In this document: piece after piece, positions 30,067-32,000 of the stretch
Layout: every line of letters starts with the position of its first letter
Position numbering within the stretch: position 1 is the stretch's first letter
From: Nostoc sp. PCC 7120 = FACHB-418
GTDB lineage: Bacteria; Cyanobacteriota; Cyanobacteriia; Cyanobacteriales; Nostocaceae
NCBI RefSeq assembly: GCF_000009705.1
Contig: NC_003272.1
Location: 3,210,001-3,242,000 of the forward strand
Length of the DNA: 32,000 nt
Reading direction: 5' to 3'
Notes under the pieces: generated by a model
Databases searched by the model: none
The model's input: the letters and a program-made list of their open reading frames with translations, nothing else
Told to the model about the DNA's origin: nothing
Translations under genes and position numbers: made by a program

Positions 30067-32000
30067 TTAAAATTCAAAGGAGACACTACCTGTCAAAGTA
30101 AAGGGCGCACCTGGAATTACACGCACAATGTCCCGCGCACCTTCGTAGTAATTTTCATCGAATAGGTTTTGAATATTAATGGCGGCGCGGAATTTGTCAC
30201 GGCGGTAAAAGATGGAAGCATCTGTACGCAAGTAGCTAGGTAATGTGAAGGTGTTGCGTAGGTCTCCTTGGCGTTCTCCTTGCGTGAAAACACCTAATCC
30301 AAATCCTAACCCTTTGAGGCTTCCGGCTTGCAGTTCGTAGGTACTCCACAAACCAAAGGAGTTTCTGGGAACGTTTTGTAATTGTCTATCTTGAAATTCG
30401 GGGCGACTATCTTCGGTGATTTTGCTATCTGTATAGGCGTAACTGGCTGTTAAGTTCCAACCAGGGAGAATTTCCCCGGCTACGTCTAATTCTATACCTT
30501 GGCTGCGTTGCTTGCCGATTTGGATTTGGGAGAGGGGTTCGCTGAGTCCTTGGGCTGCAACGTTGGTACGTTCTAGATTATAAAATGCGAGAGTGGTGGA
30601 GAGGCGATCGCCTAATAAATTTGCTTTTAAACCCACTTCATACTGAGTTCCTCTTTCTGGTTCAAAGGGTTCGCCAACTGTTGTTATTCCTGTGTTTGTG
30701 TCTAAAACCCTGGTTCTACCAACAACGGGTGTAAAGGATCTACTGTAGCTGGCATACAAAGAAAGGTTTTCACTAGGTTTGTAAACAATACCGACACGGG
30801 GACTAAAAACTGTGTCGTTACGTTCAAAGCTTTCTTCTTCTGAGAGTAAGTCTTCATAGTCTTGGTTAACAAAATCCAAACGTCCACCCAAAACTAAAAT
30901 AATATTTTTGGATAGGGAAATTTGGTCTTGAGCATAAATCCCCAAAGAATTTTTCTCGGTATTAGTATTACCAAAAGGAATGGCAAATGATGACACACTC
31001 TCAGGACGATAGACGGGATTGAAAATATCAATGTCTCTGAGTTGTCTAAAATCTAGTCTATCTTCTGTTTCCTCTCTAGTAACTTCCACACCAAACAGTA
31101 AACTGTGTTCAATACTGCCTGTTTTGAACTTACCTAAGAGGCTATTATTAAACGTCAAACTGGTCGTACTAGATGGGTTTTCTACTAAAAAGCGTCGGAG
31201 TGTACGACCATCTCTATTTAGTCCATTTGATGTACTAGAGTTAGCGATAGGAAGCACTACGGTACTTTCTGGAACATCTAAAAAGGCTGTAGAAAATTCA
31301 CTTTTGATTGTCCAGTTATCATTGAGGCGATGGTCTAACTGATAGCCTAAACGGGTAACTAAAGACTCACTTTCAGATAATGATGGTTCACCTAAGTTAG
31401 TCTCTCGTGAAACTCTACCATTAGGGTTGGAAATAACTGTTCCTGACGCTGGTAAGTCTGGTGCTGTCTCAAAACTGCGGTATTTCAGATATTCTATGCT
31501 TGCTGTTAAATTTGTATTTTCGTTACCTATTAATCTAACAACAGGCGCAATAAAAAAGGATTCACTATTCTCGAAATCTTTAAAGCTTTCAGCAGTTTGA
31601 TAAGCCGCATTCAAACGATAAGCAACACCATCTTTATCTAAGGGGCCAGAAAAGTCGATGGTGGGACGATGTAAACCAAATTGTCCTACTTGATAGCCAA
31701 TAGAGTAGTAAGGTGTATTTAGAGGTTGTTTAGTAACTAGGTTGACGACCCCACCTAAATCACCTTGTCCAAAGAGGACGGAAGCTGGGCCTTTGAGGAC
31801 TTCTACGCGTTCAACGTTAGCAATTTCACTTTGAAACCGTAAGCTATCATCCCTTAAACCGTTGCGTAATAAGTTACGAGATTCAAAGCCCCGAATTACT
31901 GGAGTTAGTGCTGGTGCTTGGGAAGATGTCCGACCGCTACTAGCACTACTAGTATTTTTTAAGACTTCGCCAAGGCTGCGAGTTCCTTGGTCTTTAATAA
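30067..32000 (-). CDS. TonB-dependent (siderophore-type) outer-membrane receptor, C-terminal ~644 codons (5' end outside the window)
   Basis: The reading frame stays open upstream of the TTG listed in the track, all the way to 32000. My translation gives IKDQGTRSLGEVLKNTSS...VIRGFESRN...NVERVEVLKGPASVLFGQGDLGGVVNLVTKQP (plug domain), then beta-barrel repeats, and ends ...TLTGSVSFEF with a terminal aromatic residue. Confidence 0.9.
   Translation of the reverse strand, partial: IKDQGTRSLGEVLKNTSSASSGRTSSQAPALTPVIRGFESRNLLRNGLRDDSLRFQSEIANVERVEVLKGPASVLFGQGDLGGVVNLVTKQPLNTPYYSIGYQVGQFGLHRPTIDFSGPLDKDGVAYRLNAAYQTAESFKDFENSESFFIAPVVRLIGNENTNLTASIEYLKYRSFETAPDLPASGTVISNPNGRVSRETNLGEPSLSESESLVTRLGYQLDHRLNDNWTIKSEFSTAFLDVPESTVVLPIANSSTSNGLNRDGRTLRRFLVENPSSTTSLTFNNSLLGKFKTGSIEHSLLFGVEVTREETEDRLDFRQLRDIDIFNPVYRPESVSSFAIPFGNTNTEKNSLGIYAQDQISLSKNIILVLGGRLDFVNQDYEDLLSEEESFERNDTVFSPRVGIVYKPSENLSLYASYSRSFTPVVGRTRVLDTNTGITTVGEPFEPERGTQYEVGLKANLLGDRLSTTLAFYNLERTNVAAQGLSEPLSQIQIGKQRSQGIELDVAGEILPGWNLTASYAYTDSKITEDSRPEFQDRQLQNVPRNSFGLWSTYELQAGSLKGLGFGLGVFTQGERQGDLRNTFTLPSYLRTDASIFYRRDKFRAAINIQNLFDENYYEGARDIVRVIPGAPFTLTGSVSFEF

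Noticed and set aside
27815-31342. ORFs 27815-28009, 29020-29262, 29551-29733, 29662-30165, 30702-30887 and 31019-31342.
   Set aside because: They are embedded in, or antisense to, the ABC ATPase, the MFS gene and the TonB-dependent receptor gene. 29662-30165 additionally crosses an intergenic repeat.
30067-31614. A TTG start at 31614 for the TonB-dependent receptor.
   Set aside because: The same frame stays open to position 32000 and encodes a plug domain (VERVEVLKGPASVLFGQG), so the gene is 5'-truncated by the window rather than starting at 31614.

Overview
This 32-kb window looks like chromosome from a filamentous (Nostocales-type) cyanobacterium. The HIP1 octamer GCGATCGC is scattered throughout. 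STRR-like heptamers and several families of small hairpin or MITE-like repeats sit in the intergenic gaps. Content, left to right:

1. Two tandem, paralogous giant minus-strand genes for cysteine-free secreted repeat proteins. One is partial (1-2410). The other is a complete 3262-aa gene (2609-12397) built from Calx-beta-like modules, five tandem-95 (cadherin/Ig-like) repeats, two PPC modules, three near-identical 789-bp repeats and a C-terminal RTX block, so it is a probable type I secretion substrate.
2. A PEP-CTERM-tagged serine hydrolase, a thioesterase-II remnant, a fatty-acid hydroxylase-family gene, a membrane protein, and a sucrase/ferredoxin-like protein with a Cx8C...Hx3H motif.
3. 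A DUF3102 protein next to a 608-bp non-coding gap.
4. A glyoxalase-like gene plus an ABCD/SbmA-type ABC half-transporter.
5. A small mobile or accessory patch bracketed by two copies of a 68-bp hairpin element. It holds an intact IS982-family IS with a 6-bp target duplication, and an Rpn-family PD-(D/E)XK nuclease gene. The 3' end of that gene is tandemly duplicated out of frame, so it encodes a free-standing C-terminal mini-protein.
6. Two ATGA-coupled small ORFs.
7. A co-directional minus-strand cluster: TonB-dependent receptor (partial), MFS exporter, ABC ATPase, ABC-2 permease, and a membrane-anchored M1-peptidase-like protein lacking HExxH.

The candidates I rate highest are the Rpn plus duplicated-tail module (possible toxin/antitoxin-type defence) and the ABC-2/pseudo-M1 unit. 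All calls rest on reading the sequence and the supplied ORF translations. No searches were run.
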